Shown: piece after piece, positions 29,276 to 39,445 of the stretch
Position numbering within the stretch: the first letter of the stretch is position 1
Layout: every line of letters starts with the position of its first letter
Assembly: GCA_965658655.1 (NCBI GenBank)
Contig: CBFHTA010000001.1
Location: 232,722-296,721 of the forward strand
Reading direction: 5' to 3'
Length of the DNA stretch: 64,000 bases
Source: Candidatus Babelota bacterium
Lineage (GTDB): Bacteria > Babelota > Babeliae > Babelales > CAIQNR01
Position numbers and translations under genes: made by a program
The notes under the pieces: model-generated
Seen by the model: only the letters and a program-made list of their open reading frames with translations
Database searches by the model: none
What the model was told of the DNA's origin: nothing

Positions 29276-30364
29276 ATGAAGAAGTTATTTTTACTATTAA
29301 GTTTATATGGAATGGCGATACAGGGCGGTTCGATTTCTGAACATAAAACTTTTGCTTCTCTAGTAGCAAAAGATAAGATTCCAAAGGTTGTTAAAGGTGT
29401 TTTAAATTTGAAGGACTTGGATCTCGAAGGTCCGCTCAGAGCTCATGATTTTAAAAATATGCCTGATAAAGAGAAAGTAACAGCGATTTATTTCTATGCC
29501 AATAAGCTTACTCGAATTGAGCCAGGAGCCTTTGAAGGATTTACTGCTTTAAAAACACTGGGTCTTGGTAATAATAAGATTACTGATATTGAATCAAAAA
29601 CATTTGCAGGGCTTGCTAATTTGACAGCGCTTGATATGGCGAATAATAATATTACTCGAATTGAGCCAGGAGCCTTTGCTGAACTTACTGCTTTAAGAAC
29701 ATTGGGTCTTAGTAATAATAAGATTACTGATGTTGAATCAAAAACATTTGCAGGGCTTGCTAGTTTGACAACGCTTGATATGGCGAATAATAATATTACT
29801 CGAATTGAGCCAGGAGCCTTTGCTGAACTTACTGCTTTAAAACTTCTTCACCTTTCTTATAATGAGATTGCTCGCATTGAATCAAAAACATTTGAAGGGC
29901 TTGCTAGTCTCACTCATCTTAGTTTTACGGGTAATAAGATTAGTCATATTGAGAAAGAAGCTTTTGCTGAACTTACCGCTCTACAGGAGCTTGCTCTTGC
30001 TCATAATAAGATTAGTCATGTTGCATCAAACACATTTAAAGGGCTTGCTGCTTTAGTAAGGCTTTATCTTTATAAAAATAACATCACCCATATTGAGAAA
30101 GGAGCTTTTACAGGACTCCCTGCTCTAAAAGAACTTGCTCTTTTTAGTAATAAAATTACCCATATTGAGAAAGGAGCTTTTGTTGGGCTTACTGCTTTAA
30201 GAAAGCTTAATCTTGGAAGTAATGAGATTACTCATATTGCAGAAGGCGTTTTTGGTGATCTTATTGGTTTAAAATACCTGGACATTACGGACAACAAACT
30301 GTCTCTAGACAAAGAAAAAGCAATTAGGAAAGAGGTTCCTCAAGGTTGTATTGTAAGTTTTTAG
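29276..30364 (+). CDS. Secreted leucine-rich repeat protein (24-aa repeats)
   Basis: Signal peptide; about 11-12 LxxLxLxxNxIxxIxxxxFxxL repeats. Confidence 0.93.
   Translation: MKKLFLLLSLYGMAIQGGSISEHKTFASLVAKDKIPKVVKGVLNLKDLDLEGPLRAHDFKNMPDKEKVTAIYFYANKLTRIEPGAFEGFTALKTLGLGNNKITDIESKTFAGLANLTALDMANNNITRIEPGAFAELTALRTLGLSNNKITDVESKTFAGLASLTTLDMANNNITRIEPGAFAELTALKLLHLSYNEIARIESKTFEGLASLTHLSFTGNKISHIEKEAFAELTALQELALAHNKISHVASNTFKGLAALVRLYLYKNNITHIEKGAFTGLPALKELALFSNKITHIEKGAFVGLTALRKLNLGSNEITHIAEGVFGDLIGLKYLDITDNKLSLDKEKAIRKEVPQGCIVSF
29508..29842. repeat. 144-bp near-identical tandem duplication inside the LRR gene
   Basis: TTACTCGAATTGAGCCAGGAGCCTTTG at 29508, 29652 and 29796. Confidence 0.9.
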
Positions 30365-30506
30365 TAATTAAACTAGGATTTGACATTAGGCATAAATTTA
30401 AAATTTTATGTCAGGTTGGTGTCTTACCACAAGAAACTTATAACAGCTAAAGGTAGTTAAAAGTTGTATGGCAAAGTTTAAATTGAATTGTCATTGTATA
30501 CTTTAT

Positions 30507-31505
30507 TTATCTTACTTTATTAATAGGTTTTTTCTTTAAGAATGCTTTAATGTTTTCAATAGTGCTATCTAAAATCCTTTTAAGAGCAGCTTCTGTGTTA
30601 AAAGCATTATGAGGTGTAACCACTACATTGGGCAACTTCATAAGTTTGTGTTGTAGCCTTAGAAGTCGTTTCGAACATAATCGCGGATACTTTTTGTGTA
30701 AATTTTGTTGACGCTTACTGAATACACATTCTTCTTCAAGGACATCAAGCCCGGCACCAGATAAGATTTTTTTATGGAGAGCTGTCCACAAAGCTTTAGT
30801 TTCTATCAGCCCACCACGAGCAGTGTTGATTACAATAGTTCCTGGTTTAATTTTCTCTATGTTGTTCATGTTGAGCATATGTTTGGTGCTTGGTAAAAGT
30901 GGTGTATGAAATGTAATTACATCAGACTGTTTAAGTAACTGGTTAAACGTGACGTACTTAAAGTCGTATTTTTTAGGAAGCTTTGCGTCTTTATGAATAT
31001 CGTAGGCGATAACATTCATGCCAAAGCCATTGGCAATTGTAATAACATGTTTTCCAATATCTCCTATTCCTACAACGCCAATTGTTTTTTCTTTAAGATC
31101 AATTCCAGTGAGTTGAGAATGGAGTACATTGCCTTTCTGTGCCTTGTGTTCTGAAACTAATAGTTTACGTGCTACAGCAAGTAGGAGTGCAAACGCGTGC
31201 TCGGCAACTGTGTTTTGGCCATATCCAGGAACATTGCAGGTAGTGATGGTATTGATAATGTTTTGATCAATGTGGTCGTAACCGGTAGAGGTTGTGACAA
31301 TCATTTCTACGTTGGGCAATTCGCACATAATATCGTTATCTATTTTGGAGTAAATAAATACAGCTATAATGTTCGCTTTTTTTGCTTTAGAGACAGTTTT
31401 ATCGCTTAATGGTTGAGATGTAAAACTGAATGTATGCTTGGGAAGTTTTTCTTTAAGATAGGTTTCCATCCATGGTTCTACTTCATAAAAGGCGATGTGG
31501 GCCAT
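30507..31505 (-). CDS. D-2-hydroxyacid (D-lactate-like) dehydrogenase
   Basis: STGYDHID, GIGDIG, NTARG, LDVLEEE, TPHNAF; ATG at 31505 after AAGGAG. Confidence 0.92.
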   Translation of the reverse strand: MAHIAFYEVEPWMETYLKEKLPKHTFSFTSQPLSDKTVSKAKKANIIAVFIYSKIDNDIMCELPNVEMIVTTSTGYDHIDQNIINTITTCNVPGYGQNTVAEHAFALLLAVARKLLVSEHKAQKGNVLHSQLTGIDLKEKTIGVVGIGDIGKHVITIANGFGMNVIAYDIHKDAKLPKKYDFKYVTFNQLLKQSDVITFHTPLLPSTKHMLNMNNIEKIKPGTIVINTARGGLIETKALWTALHKKILSGAGLDVLEEECVFSKRQQNLHKKYPRLCSKRLLRLQHKLMKLPNVVVTPHNAFNTEAALKRILDSTIENIKAFLKKKPINKVR

Positions 31506-31563
31506 AGGTTTCTCCTTTAGTTTTGGTAAGAAGTATACCATGCTTGTGTTATGTTAAAGCAAT

Positions 31564-31587
31564 AAAAAAGGGCCCCATAGGGCCCTT
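31564..31587 (-). terminator. Intrinsic terminator downstream of 31611..32111
   Basis: Minus strand GGGCCC-TATG-GGGCCC-TTTTTT. Confidence 0.85.
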
Positions 31588-31610
31588 GTACTTTAATATG
31601 CTAATAATAT

Positions 31611-32111
31611 TTAGAGTGGTTTTTCTTTAGCACGTCTGTTCTTAAGACCGTTTTCTGATCCAACGTGGTTAAGAAGACGAGAAAGATGAGGCATGTTGCT
31701 GTCAATAAAGCTACCCATTGTCTCTGTTGTTAATACTGCGTGTGTTGCTGCAACAGCTACACAACCAGCTACCAAGCGAACAAGAGCATTGTTTGCTTCT
31801 GTTCCGTAAGGTAGGCCATTGATAGTTTCGTTTACAGCTACTGGGTACGATGGTGTCAAATCTTTAGGCAGTTGTGTAACTACCTGGTTTCCTACAACAT
31901 AAAATGCTGCTGGATAAAGTAGTTGATCAATGCCTCGGGCAACAGCGCTCACAGCTGTTCTAATTTGTGTTCCTGCTAAGTTACGAGTTTTGTGAGCTGT
32001 GTCTTTGGTCATTCTTCTGATGCCACCAAAACGAGATGTTTTTGCTTCCATTGATCCTAATGAAAGTAGTAGTAAGGCGGAAAGTGCAATAGTTCCTTTA
32101 GTACGCTTCAT
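31611..32111 (-). CDS. Secreted hypothetical protein
   Basis: Signal peptide; AAGGAG SD; own terminator. Confidence 0.8.
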   Translation of the reverse strand: MKRTKGTIALSALLLLSLGSMEAKTSRFGGIRRMTKDTAHKTRNLAGTQIRTAVSAVARGIDQLLYPAAFYVVGNQVVTQLPKDLTPSYPVAVNETINGLPYGTEANNALVRLVAGCVAVAATHAVLTTETMGSFIDSNMPHLSRLLNHVGSENGLKNRRAKEKPL

Positions 32112-32252
32112 ACGTATCTCCTTTAAATAGATTACAAGTTTCCTTTAAGAAAACGGTATCATACTTGTTTATGTCTGTAAAATACAAGAAAAAATACAAA
32201 CATAACTAAAGACGATAACATAAAAAGAGCACTTTATGGCAAGGATATGTAA

Positions 32253-32981
32253 ATGATTATCTATGAAAATCTTTCTTTTACTCTTTACTTTGGCGATCAG
32301 GCACAGCAGATTGAACCGAGTAAATGTAAATCTTTAACAAGCAGTTCTTTATTTTCTCAAGATCCCTTTGGACTATTAGAAAAAAGGTTGAATGTCTCTG
32401 TACTTACTTTTTTGCATCAGGTACATAAGGCAGATGGCAAAATTGTTAAAAGTAAAAAATCTATAGAAGATGTCCCGTTATTTTTTGAAGAAGGGGATTA
32501 TCTTGCAACTAATCAATCTACTGTAGGGTTAGGTATTGTAACAGCAGACTGCTTACCCATTGTGTTTTTTGATAGGTTGCATAAGGTAGTAGCTATTGCT
32601 CACGCAGGTTGGAGAGGTTCGATTGCAGGCATTGCTATAAAAGTAATGAAAGATCTAGAAACGTATTTTTTTACTCAAAAAAAAGATGTAACAGTTTTTT
32701 TTGGCCCAGCAGCAAAAAATTGTTGTTATCAGGTTGATGAACCATTTTTAGAAAAAATAGGATCAGGTTATTCTGTTGAGAAAGCGCTTTCTCAAAAAAA
32801 TAATCACTATTATTTTGATTCAGCTTTATACAATGCACAAGAACTCATTTCGTTTGGATTTTCAGAGCAGCAACTTGTATTTGATTATAATGTATGTACC
32901 ATATGCAACGATAATTTTTGTTCGTATCGTCGTCAGGGAGGCTTAAGCACACGGCAGATTACGGTGGTTTCATTGAAATAG
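32253..32981 (+). CDS. pgeF: PgeF/YfiH-family protein (purine nucleoside phosphorylase / peptidoglycan editing)
   Basis: HQVH, TADCLPI, HAGWRG, CCYQV, CT..F.SYRR. Confidence 0.92.
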   Translation: MIIYENLSFTLYFGDQAQQIEPSKCKSLTSSSLFSQDPFGLLEKRLNVSVLTFLHQVHKADGKIVKSKKSIEDVPLFFEEGDYLATNQSTVGLGIVTADCLPIVFFDRLHKVVAIAHAGWRGSIAGIAIKVMKDLETYFFTQKKDVTVFFGPAAKNCCYQVDEPFLEKIGSGYSVEKALSQKNNHYYFDSALYNAQELISFGFSEQQLVFDYNVCTICNDNFCSYRRQGGLSTRQITVVSLK

Positions 32982-33041
32982 TAGTCATCGTAGTCTACAC
33001 TGTCAGGATACATTCGAATGAGAAATAAAGGATAAAAATAG

Positions 33042-35582
33042 ATGATTACCAATATTATTGCCAAAGTCATGGGTACTCAAAATGATAGGGAGCTGAAAAA
33101 GCTACAGCCCCTGGTTGATCAGATTAATAATTTTGAGCCTACAATAAGCGCATTACGCGATGAAGATCTTGCCCATAAAACAAATGAATTTAGAGAGCGT
33201 TTAAGTAAAGATGAAACGCTTGACGATATTCTGCCAGAAGCATTTGCTGTTGTTCGTGAAGCAGCAAAAAGAAAACTTGGCCAGCGTCATTTTGATGTTC
33301 AGTTAATGGGTGGCATAGTATTGCATCAGGGTAAAATCGCAGAAATGAAAACCGGTGAAGGTAAAACATTAACTGCAACATTGCCTCTCTATTTAAATGG
33401 TTTGACTGGAAAAGGAGCTTTCCTTATTACGGTTAATGATTATCTTGCTCGTCGTGATGCTGATTGGATGCGTCCTATTCTAGAGTTTCTAGGATTAACT
33501 GTTGATATTGTTCAACACGATATGAGTGATGAGGATCGTAAAAAAGCTTACGAGGCAGATGTTATTTACGGAACTAATAATGAATTAGGTTTTGATTATC
33601 TTCGAGATAATATGAAGTTTCGCTTAGAAGACTATGTGCAGAATACTTTACCGTTTGCCATTGTTGATGAAGTTGATTCTATTTTGATTGATGAAGCCCG
33701 TACTCCTTTAATTATTTCTGGTTCTTCTGAGCAAGGGGCAAAGCTGTATGAAGCTGCTAATAATGCAGTTAAAAATTTACAGAAAGAAGTTGATTATGAG
33801 GTAGATGAAAAACAAAAAAGTGTATTGTTGACCGAAGCAGGGACCGACAAAGTTGAGGCCTCTTTTGGTGTAGACAACATGTATGCTATTGAAAATTTAA
33901 ATATTCTTCATCATGTTAACCAAGCTTTGCGTGCACATACTTTATTCCGTAAAGATGTTGAGTATATGGTACGAGACAATCAGGTCTTGATTGTTGATGA
34001 ATTTACTGGCCGTGTATTGAGTGGCCGTCGATATAGTGATGGGCTGCATCAAGCGCTAGAAATGAAAGAAGGCGTTGCGGTTGAAAAAGAAAGCCAAACA
34101 CTTGCATCTATTACACTTCAGAATTTTTTCAGATTATTTGGAAAACTTTCAGGTATGACTGGTACGGCAATGACCGAGTCGGAAGAATTTCATAACATTT
34201 ATAAATTAGATGTTGTAGCGATTCCAACTAATAGAACTTTGTTAAGAAAAGATAAGCAAGATCTTATCTTCTTAACAGAAGCAGGAAAGTTTAAGGCAAT
34301 TGTTGAAGACATTCGAGAACGTCATAAAAAAGGTCAGCCAGTTTTAATTGGTACTATTGCGGTTGAAACTTCAGAGCGCTTGAGCCAGGTTTTGCGAGCA
34401 GAAGGGATTCCTCATGAAGTTTTAAATGCAAAACAGCATGAGCGAGAAGCAGAAATTGTTGCACATGCTGGTGAGCCGGGACACATTACGATTGCAACCA
34501 ATATGGCTGGTCGTGGTACTGATATTAAATTGTCACCACAATCTTTAGAGGCTGGCGGATTGTATATTTTAGGAACCGAGCGTCATGAATCTCGTCGAAT
34601 TGATAATCAATTGCGTGGTCGTTCTGGTCGTCAGGGAGATCCTGGAGAATCTCGTTTTTATATTTCATTAGAAGACGAGTTAATACGTGTCTTTGGTGGT
34701 GGAAACTTCGACCTGCGTGACCGAATGAGGTATGCAGGGATGACTGATGATGAGGCAATTGAATCATCTTGGGTATCTGGAAGTATTGAGAGTTCACAAG
34801 AAAAAGTTGAGAAGCATAACTTTGACATTCGTAAACATTTGCTTGAGTACGATGATGTTATGAACCAACATAGAAAAGTTATTTACACATATCGTCGCGA
34901 TATACTTGAGGGTGCAGAACAAATACATGAGCTTGTGCGTGATATGATTATTACGGGTGTTCAAGATGCATTTGCATATATGGTTCCAGACCGTTCTCTT
35001 AATCAAAAGCAAATAGATGAATTATATGAGTTCTTATCTAGAATGACTCATTTAGAAAAATCACTTTTTGAGAAACAACAGTTTAATCTTTCAAATAGTG
35101 ACATTTTGAAAAAAGATATTATTAACTTCTTGCTTGCACAATATGCTTTGTACCGTCAAGGGCAAGAAGAAGAGAAAATTAGTGAAGCAGAGAAATGGGT
35201 TATGCTTGAGACTGTAGATCATGCTTGGAAGCAACATATGTTAAACCTTGATCATTTAAAAGAAGGTATTAATTTACGTAGTTGGGGGCAAAAAAATCCA
35301 TTGATCGAGTATAAACGAGAAGCCTTTCAAATGTTCGAGGAAATGATGGGGCAAATTCGTTGGGAAATTGTTCACAGAATTTTTCATTTAAATACCGCAC
35401 GCTTTAATACGGAAGAAATTGAACGTAAACGCCAAGAAGAGCTTGATGCTCTTCAGATGACTGGTGGCCAGGAGAATAGCTCTGGAGAGCGCGAACCAGT
35501 TCTTCGTGATGAGCCTCGTATTGGGCGGAATGATCCCTGTCCATGTGGGTCGGGTAAAAAACATAAAAAGTGCTGCGGCTAA
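33042..35582 (+). CDS. secA: Preprotein translocase SecA
   Basis: MKTGEGKT, VDEVDSILIDEARTP, QLRGRSGRQGDPG, SEC-C RNDPCPCGSGKK. Confidence 0.99.
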   Translation: MITNIIAKVMGTQNDRELKKLQPLVDQINNFEPTISALRDEDLAHKTNEFRERLSKDETLDDILPEAFAVVREAAKRKLGQRHFDVQLMGGIVLHQGKIAEMKTGEGKTLTATLPLYLNGLTGKGAFLITVNDYLARRDADWMRPILEFLGLTVDIVQHDMSDEDRKKAYEADVIYGTNNELGFDYLRDNMKFRLEDYVQNTLPFAIVDEVDSILIDEARTPLIISGSSEQGAKLYEAANNAVKNLQKEVDYEVDEKQKSVLLTEAGTDKVEASFGVDNMYAIENLNILHHVNQALRAHTLFRKDVEYMVRDNQVLIVDEFTGRVLSGRRYSDGLHQALEMKEGVAVEKESQTLASITLQNFFRLFGKLSGMTGTAMTESEEFHNIYKLDVVAIPTNRTLLRKDKQDLIFLTEAGKFKAIVEDIRERHKKGQPVLIGTIAVETSERLSQVLRAEGIPHEVLNAKQHEREAEIVAHAGEPGHITIATNMAGRGTDIKLSPQSLEAGGLYILGTERHESRRIDNQLRGRSGRQGDPGESRFYISLEDELIRVFGGGNFDLRDRMRYAGMTDDEAIESSWVSGSIESSQEKVEKHNFDIRKHLLEYDDVMNQHRKVIYTYRRDILEGAEQIHELVRDMIITGVQDAFAYMVPDRSLNQKQIDELYEFLSRMTHLEKSLFEKQQFNLSNSDILKKDIINFLLAQYALYRQGQEEEKISEAEKWVMLETVDHAWKQHMLNLDHLKEGINLRSWGQKNPLIEYKREAFQMFEEMMGQIRWEIVHRIFHLNTARFNTEEIERKRQEELDALQMTGGQENSSGEREPVLRDEPRIGRNDPCPCGSGKKHKKCCG

Positions 35583-35594
35583 CACTGGATTGTA

Positions 35595-36596
35595 ATGAAG
35601 CAAAAAACAATTTTAGTAACCGGCGGAGCGGGCTACATTGGTTCGCATACCGCTTGGTTGTTATCCCAAAAAAAATATCAAATAATTATTCTTGATACGC
35701 TTTATCAAAATCAACCGTTCAACCATTCCTGGGCAACCCTCATTAAAGGTGATTTTGGAGATAAAGCATTGCTCGAAAAGATTTTCACCGAGTATAGCAT
35801 TAGTGCCGTAATGCATTTTGGAGCTTATCTCGCTGTAGGCGAGTCGGTAAAGCATCCTCTTGAGTATTATCAAAATAATGTGGTTAAAACGCGTACATTG
35901 CTCGACACTATGATTAAACACAACATATTAAAGTTTGTTTTTTCTTCTAGTTGCGCAGTGTATGGATACCCACAAACGTTACCGTTAACAGAAGAACATT
36001 CACGCAATCCTATTAATCCTTATGGTAAAACAAAGTATGTAGTTGAGCTCATGCTCGAAGACTGTGCTCAAGCGTATGGGTTAAATTATGTAAGTTTACG
36101 ATACTTTAATGCAGCTGGTGTTATTCCATATGAGAATTTATATGAATGGCATATTCCAGAAACGCATTTAATTCCACTTGTTTTACGTGCAGCACTAACG
36201 AATAAACCGATCTCTATTTTTGGAACAGACTATAACACACCAGATGGCACTTGTGTGCGTGATTATATTCATGTACAAGATCTAAGCACTGCTCATTATA
36301 AAGCGTTGCAACATGTTGAGTATAACCGTCCTTCCGATGTTTTTAATTTGGGAACCGGGACCGGATACTCAGTACAAGAAATTATTACGGCTGCGCAAGA
36401 GGTAACAGAACAAGAGATTAAAATTACTTATGCCGATCGGCGAGCGGGAGATCCCCCAGTGCTAGTGGCCAATGCTACAAAAGCAGCAAATATTTTACAA
36501 TGGAAACCGCAGTCTTCTGACATGCATACTATTTTAAAAACTGCATGGATAGCGGAGCGCTTTTGTTTTGAGCAAGAAAAAAGGCCTCAACTTTGA
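35595..36596 (+). CDS. galE: UDP-glucose 4-epimerase
   Basis: GGAGYIGSH, YGKTK, LRYFNAAG, DGTCVRDYIHV. Confidence 0.95.
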   Translation: MKQKTILVTGGAGYIGSHTAWLLSQKKYQIIILDTLYQNQPFNHSWATLIKGDFGDKALLEKIFTEYSISAVMHFGAYLAVGESVKHPLEYYQNNVVKTRTLLDTMIKHNILKFVFSSSCAVYGYPQTLPLTEEHSRNPINPYGKTKYVVELMLEDCAQAYGLNYVSLRYFNAAGVIPYENLYEWHIPETHLIPLVLRAALTNKPISIFGTDYNTPDGTCVRDYIHVQDLSTAHYKALQHVEYNRPSDVFNLGTGTGYSVQEIITAAQEVTEQEIKITYADRRAGDPPVLVANATKAANILQWKPQSSDMHTILKTAWIAERFCFEQEKRPQL

Positions 36597-36606
36597 GGCC
36601 TTTTTT
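36577..36606. terminator. Bidirectional intrinsic terminator
   Basis: A6-GGCCTCAA-CT-TTGAGGCC-T6 between convergent genes. Confidence 0.9.
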
Positions 36607-36631
36607 AATTTAAAGCGATAGTGGTTTATGA

Positions 36632-37903
36632 TCAGTTTTCGTCGTCACCATCAAATCTGCTTTTTAAAATCGCTCTTTCTTCTGCTGATAGGCGACCTCT
36701 AATTCCAGCATCTTGTAAAGCGATACCTAAGCAACTGTTAAAAGTTGTAGCGATACCGTCTGCAAATGTTTCATTCATTATCTGTGTAACGCGTGCTCTT
36801 TGATGACCGGTTAGTGTTATGCCGTCTGAAGAACTTGTGTTTCCTCTATTGCCTGCAGGTGGTTCCGGAGGGAGACCGCCTGGGAAAGCATCTGGTGCCG
36901 GAGGAACATTATCATAGTTTGGTGCCGGAGGGAGATCACCTGGTGTACCAGCGCTGTCATCTTCCCAAGGCTCTTCTTGACTATCGTCGCTATTAGAATC
37001 ATATATTATGTCCATTAATCTTTCTTTTTCTTGGTACGCATAATTTCTAAGAACTTCAAGGTCTGCTGGGTTTAGGCCATAACTATCTAAATTAAGATAA
37101 GCACCTGGATTGTCCTGAAGTTCTTCTCTAATCCATTGTTCCCATCTTTGCATTCCAGTTGAATCTAATCGGTCAATAGGTTCAACTGATTCTGCGCCAG
37201 GAGCTTCTCTAACAATTGCAGCTGCTTTGTATGTGTCATGACATGCTTTTAAGTCTCTGCGTGCAAGTTTTGAAACATCATGTCCTGAGTTTCTCAAAAT
37301 TGTTGCAACATCCTCATGCGAGCCTGCCTCAACGCGTTGTCTTATTGTTCTTAGTAGAGCTTCTAGTTTTGTTTTTGAAAGAGGTTTGTTTGATATTGCA
37401 GGTTTACGTGAAGCAGATCCGTCGTGTCCACTAGCCCCAGATGGATGAAGTAGGCGAGCAGGTGGAGGAGGTAGGGTTCCAGTACCAGAGTCACCTTCAG
37501 GTGATGTTGATCTTGCAGGTGTACGTGAAGCAGATCCGTCGTGTCCACTAGCCCCAGATGGATGAAGTAGGTGAGCAGGTGGAGGAGGTAGGGTTCCAGT
37601 ACCAGCGTCACCTGCAGATGATGCTGATCCTGTGGAGGAAGAAGACAATCTTTCGCATGCCTCACTTACACTTTCTCCATATACTTCCTTAAAGCCGCCC
37701 CCTACTCCAGAGTTATCGAGAGTATTGATTGGTTTTTTATATTTTTTAAGGTTCGTACACAGGCTTCTCAGGTTTCTTTCATTTCTTCCTCCTTGATATG
37801 AGGATTTAATTAATTTTTTTGCTTGACTAGATGTTAATCCATACATCGAGAAAGTTGTAGCTGAGAAAGCAAGTAGTATTAAAATTTTATATTTCATAAA
37901 CAA
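36632..37903 (-). CDS. Secreted proline-rich protein with WAVE/SCAR VCA-like motifs
   Basis: Signal peptide; LPPPP repeats; ALLRTIRQ, DVATIL, YDSNSDDSQEEPWED. The CDS is secure; the function is inferred. Confidence 0.7.
   Translation of the reverse strand: MFMKYKILILLAFSATTFSMYGLTSSQAKKLIKSSYQGGRNERNLRSLCTNLKKYKKPINTLDNSGVGGGFKEVYGESVSEACERLSSSSTGSASSAGDAGTGTLPPPPAHLLHPSGASGHDGSASRTPARSTSPEGDSGTGTLPPPPARLLHPSGASGHDGSASRKPAISNKPLSKTKLEALLRTIRQRVEAGSHEDVATILRNSGHDVSKLARRDLKACHDTYKAAAIVREAPGAESVEPIDRLDSTGMQRWEQWIREELQDNPGAYLNLDSYGLNPADLEVLRNYAYQEKERLMDIIYDSNSDDSQEEPWEDDSAGTPGDLPPAPNYDNVPPAPDAFPGGLPPEPPAGNRGNTSSSDGITLTGHQRARVTQIMNETFADGIATTFNSCLGIALQDAGIRGRLSAEERAILKSRFDGDDEN
37396..37629. repeat. 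117-bp tandem duplication (39-aa Pro/Gly/Ser unit)
   Basis: Near-identical copies begin at 37396 and 37513. Confidence 0.92.
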
Positions 37904-37924
37904 TACTCCTGTTTATTTATATTT

Positions 37925-39445
37925 TCAAAAATTGATGAGCAATTTACCGTATACATTCCAACGAGAAATTCCTGCGTTTTGTCTCGAGGTATCAACAGAA
38001 CCACCAACTTCGTAATTTTGAGAAAATTCACCTTCGTTGAAGTAAGCAGCTGAAGCATGGAGTGTACTTAGAATAACGCTTGGATGCGCAGCAGAAACTA
38101 GATTTATGTCACTTTCTTTAATAAAGATATTAGCGTTTGCACCTAGATTTGCTAAATCAAGATTGCGCCCCATTTTACGGTTTGGCATAACTTCTCCAGG
38201 GTTTCCTGCCGGTTCAGACAAGTCTGCAATCATTGGGCCTTCTTTCCATGCGTTAACAAGTTTAACATCTTCTGCTTGGCGGAAGCGATTCATAATCCCT
38301 GCATTAATATTCCAGTTTTTCCCTACTAATGAAACTTGCGTTGCCATTCCCAAAGCAAAACCTGGATTCACCTTAACGTCTTGAGTCATAATGTTAATCC
38401 CGAAGGTTCTTCTGTATGGCACGTCAGCAGTTCCTGCAGCATTACGAGCGGTAGCATTTTCAAACATTGCCAAGTAGCGAGTCCATTGACCGTTGTATAA
38501 ATCAAGGGAGCGTTTTTGTGTGTTTTCAAAAAGATAGTGGCCAGTGAGCGAATTGGTTATCCACCAATTACATGCTTTTGCTTCATGCATGCAGTATTGA
38601 AGCGTATTACCCCAGTCAATACCTGCGTGGTGTCCGTTACCAACCATAGCTTCCCACATATATTCTGCAGTTCTGCGATTACCGGTAGGAATAATAACAC
38701 CTACATATTGGCTTACAAAAAGATCATCTTTGTCAATGGCATTGCGACCAATTCTTATTTTGAGATCAGCCATTCCATCTTTTTTTTGAGTTCCGTCGAT
38801 ACGGCCATATTTTAAACCGGGTTGTCTGAAAGCCTCAAACATATTGGTTTGTGCAAGTAACCTTCTACTTGTGCCTGTTTCGTAAAATGGATTGGCAGTA
38901 GAAGCTCTTTGGTCATCAGCATTTTGTTCAATGATTACTGTTTCTGATAGCCCGACTGATTGCTTAACGTGCACAAAAGGAGCATCAAAGTTTACCCAAT
39001 ATTTTTTGCTGAGTGGGTGGCGATAAGAGATCATAAATCCAAGGGTACTTTGTTTTGGGTCCACTGTAAGCTTAGAGTGGTGAGTGTCTCCTCTTGTTCT
39101 TACATTAAAATCCCTAGCAAGAAGATCTTGGCTTAGGTCTTCTGTGTAACTATCAGGAATATCTTCTTTTACAACAAGCTCTTTTTTGTTGTTGAACAAA
39201 AGGTATTCGCGTAGGTCTTCTCGCCCACTTTGAGTTGTTTTCCCTCCAAAGATAGAGAGAGCGAGTTCGGGCTTTTCTGCCATATGTCCTTTTTCATGCT
39301 CCTGGTTAGTAATAAGTGTATATCCTGTGGTGCTGTAGAGTTCGTAGGTGGGGAAATCAACGAATACACTTTTTCCAGAGATATTTTGTGCATGAGCACA
39401 GGAGTGGAGCAGAATAAGGGCTAAAGCATAAATGCGGTACTTCAT
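37925..39445 (-). CDS. Putative outer-membrane beta-barrel protein
   Basis: Signal peptide; amphipathic strands; ends WNVYGKLLINF. Confidence 0.6.
   Translation of the reverse strand: MKYRIYALALILLHSCAHAQNISGKSVFVDFPTYELYSTTGYTLITNQEHEKGHMAEKPELALSIFGGKTTQSGREDLREYLLFNNKKELVVKEDIPDSYTEDLSQDLLARDFNVRTRGDTHHSKLTVDPKQSTLGFMISYRHPLSKKYWVNFDAPFVHVKQSVGLSETVIIEQNADDQRASTANPFYETGTSRRLLAQTNMFEAFRQPGLKYGRIDGTQKKDGMADLKIRIGRNAIDKDDLFVSQYVGVIIPTGNRRTAEYMWEAMVGNGHHAGIDWGNTLQYCMHEAKACNWWITNSLTGHYLFENTQKRSLDLYNGQWTRYLAMFENATARNAAGTADVPYRRTFGINIMTQDVKVNPGFALGMATQVSLVGKNWNINAGIMNRFRQAEDVKLVNAWKEGPMIADLSEPAGNPGEVMPNRKMGRNLDLANLGANANIFIKESDINLVSAAHPSVILSTLHASAAYFNEGEFSQNYEVGGSVDTSRQNAGISRWNVYGKLLINF

Noticed and set aside
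31532..31559. TTATGTTAAA resembling the XerD arm of dif
   Set aside because: Left arm does not match XerC sites; better explained as the dehydrogenase promoter region
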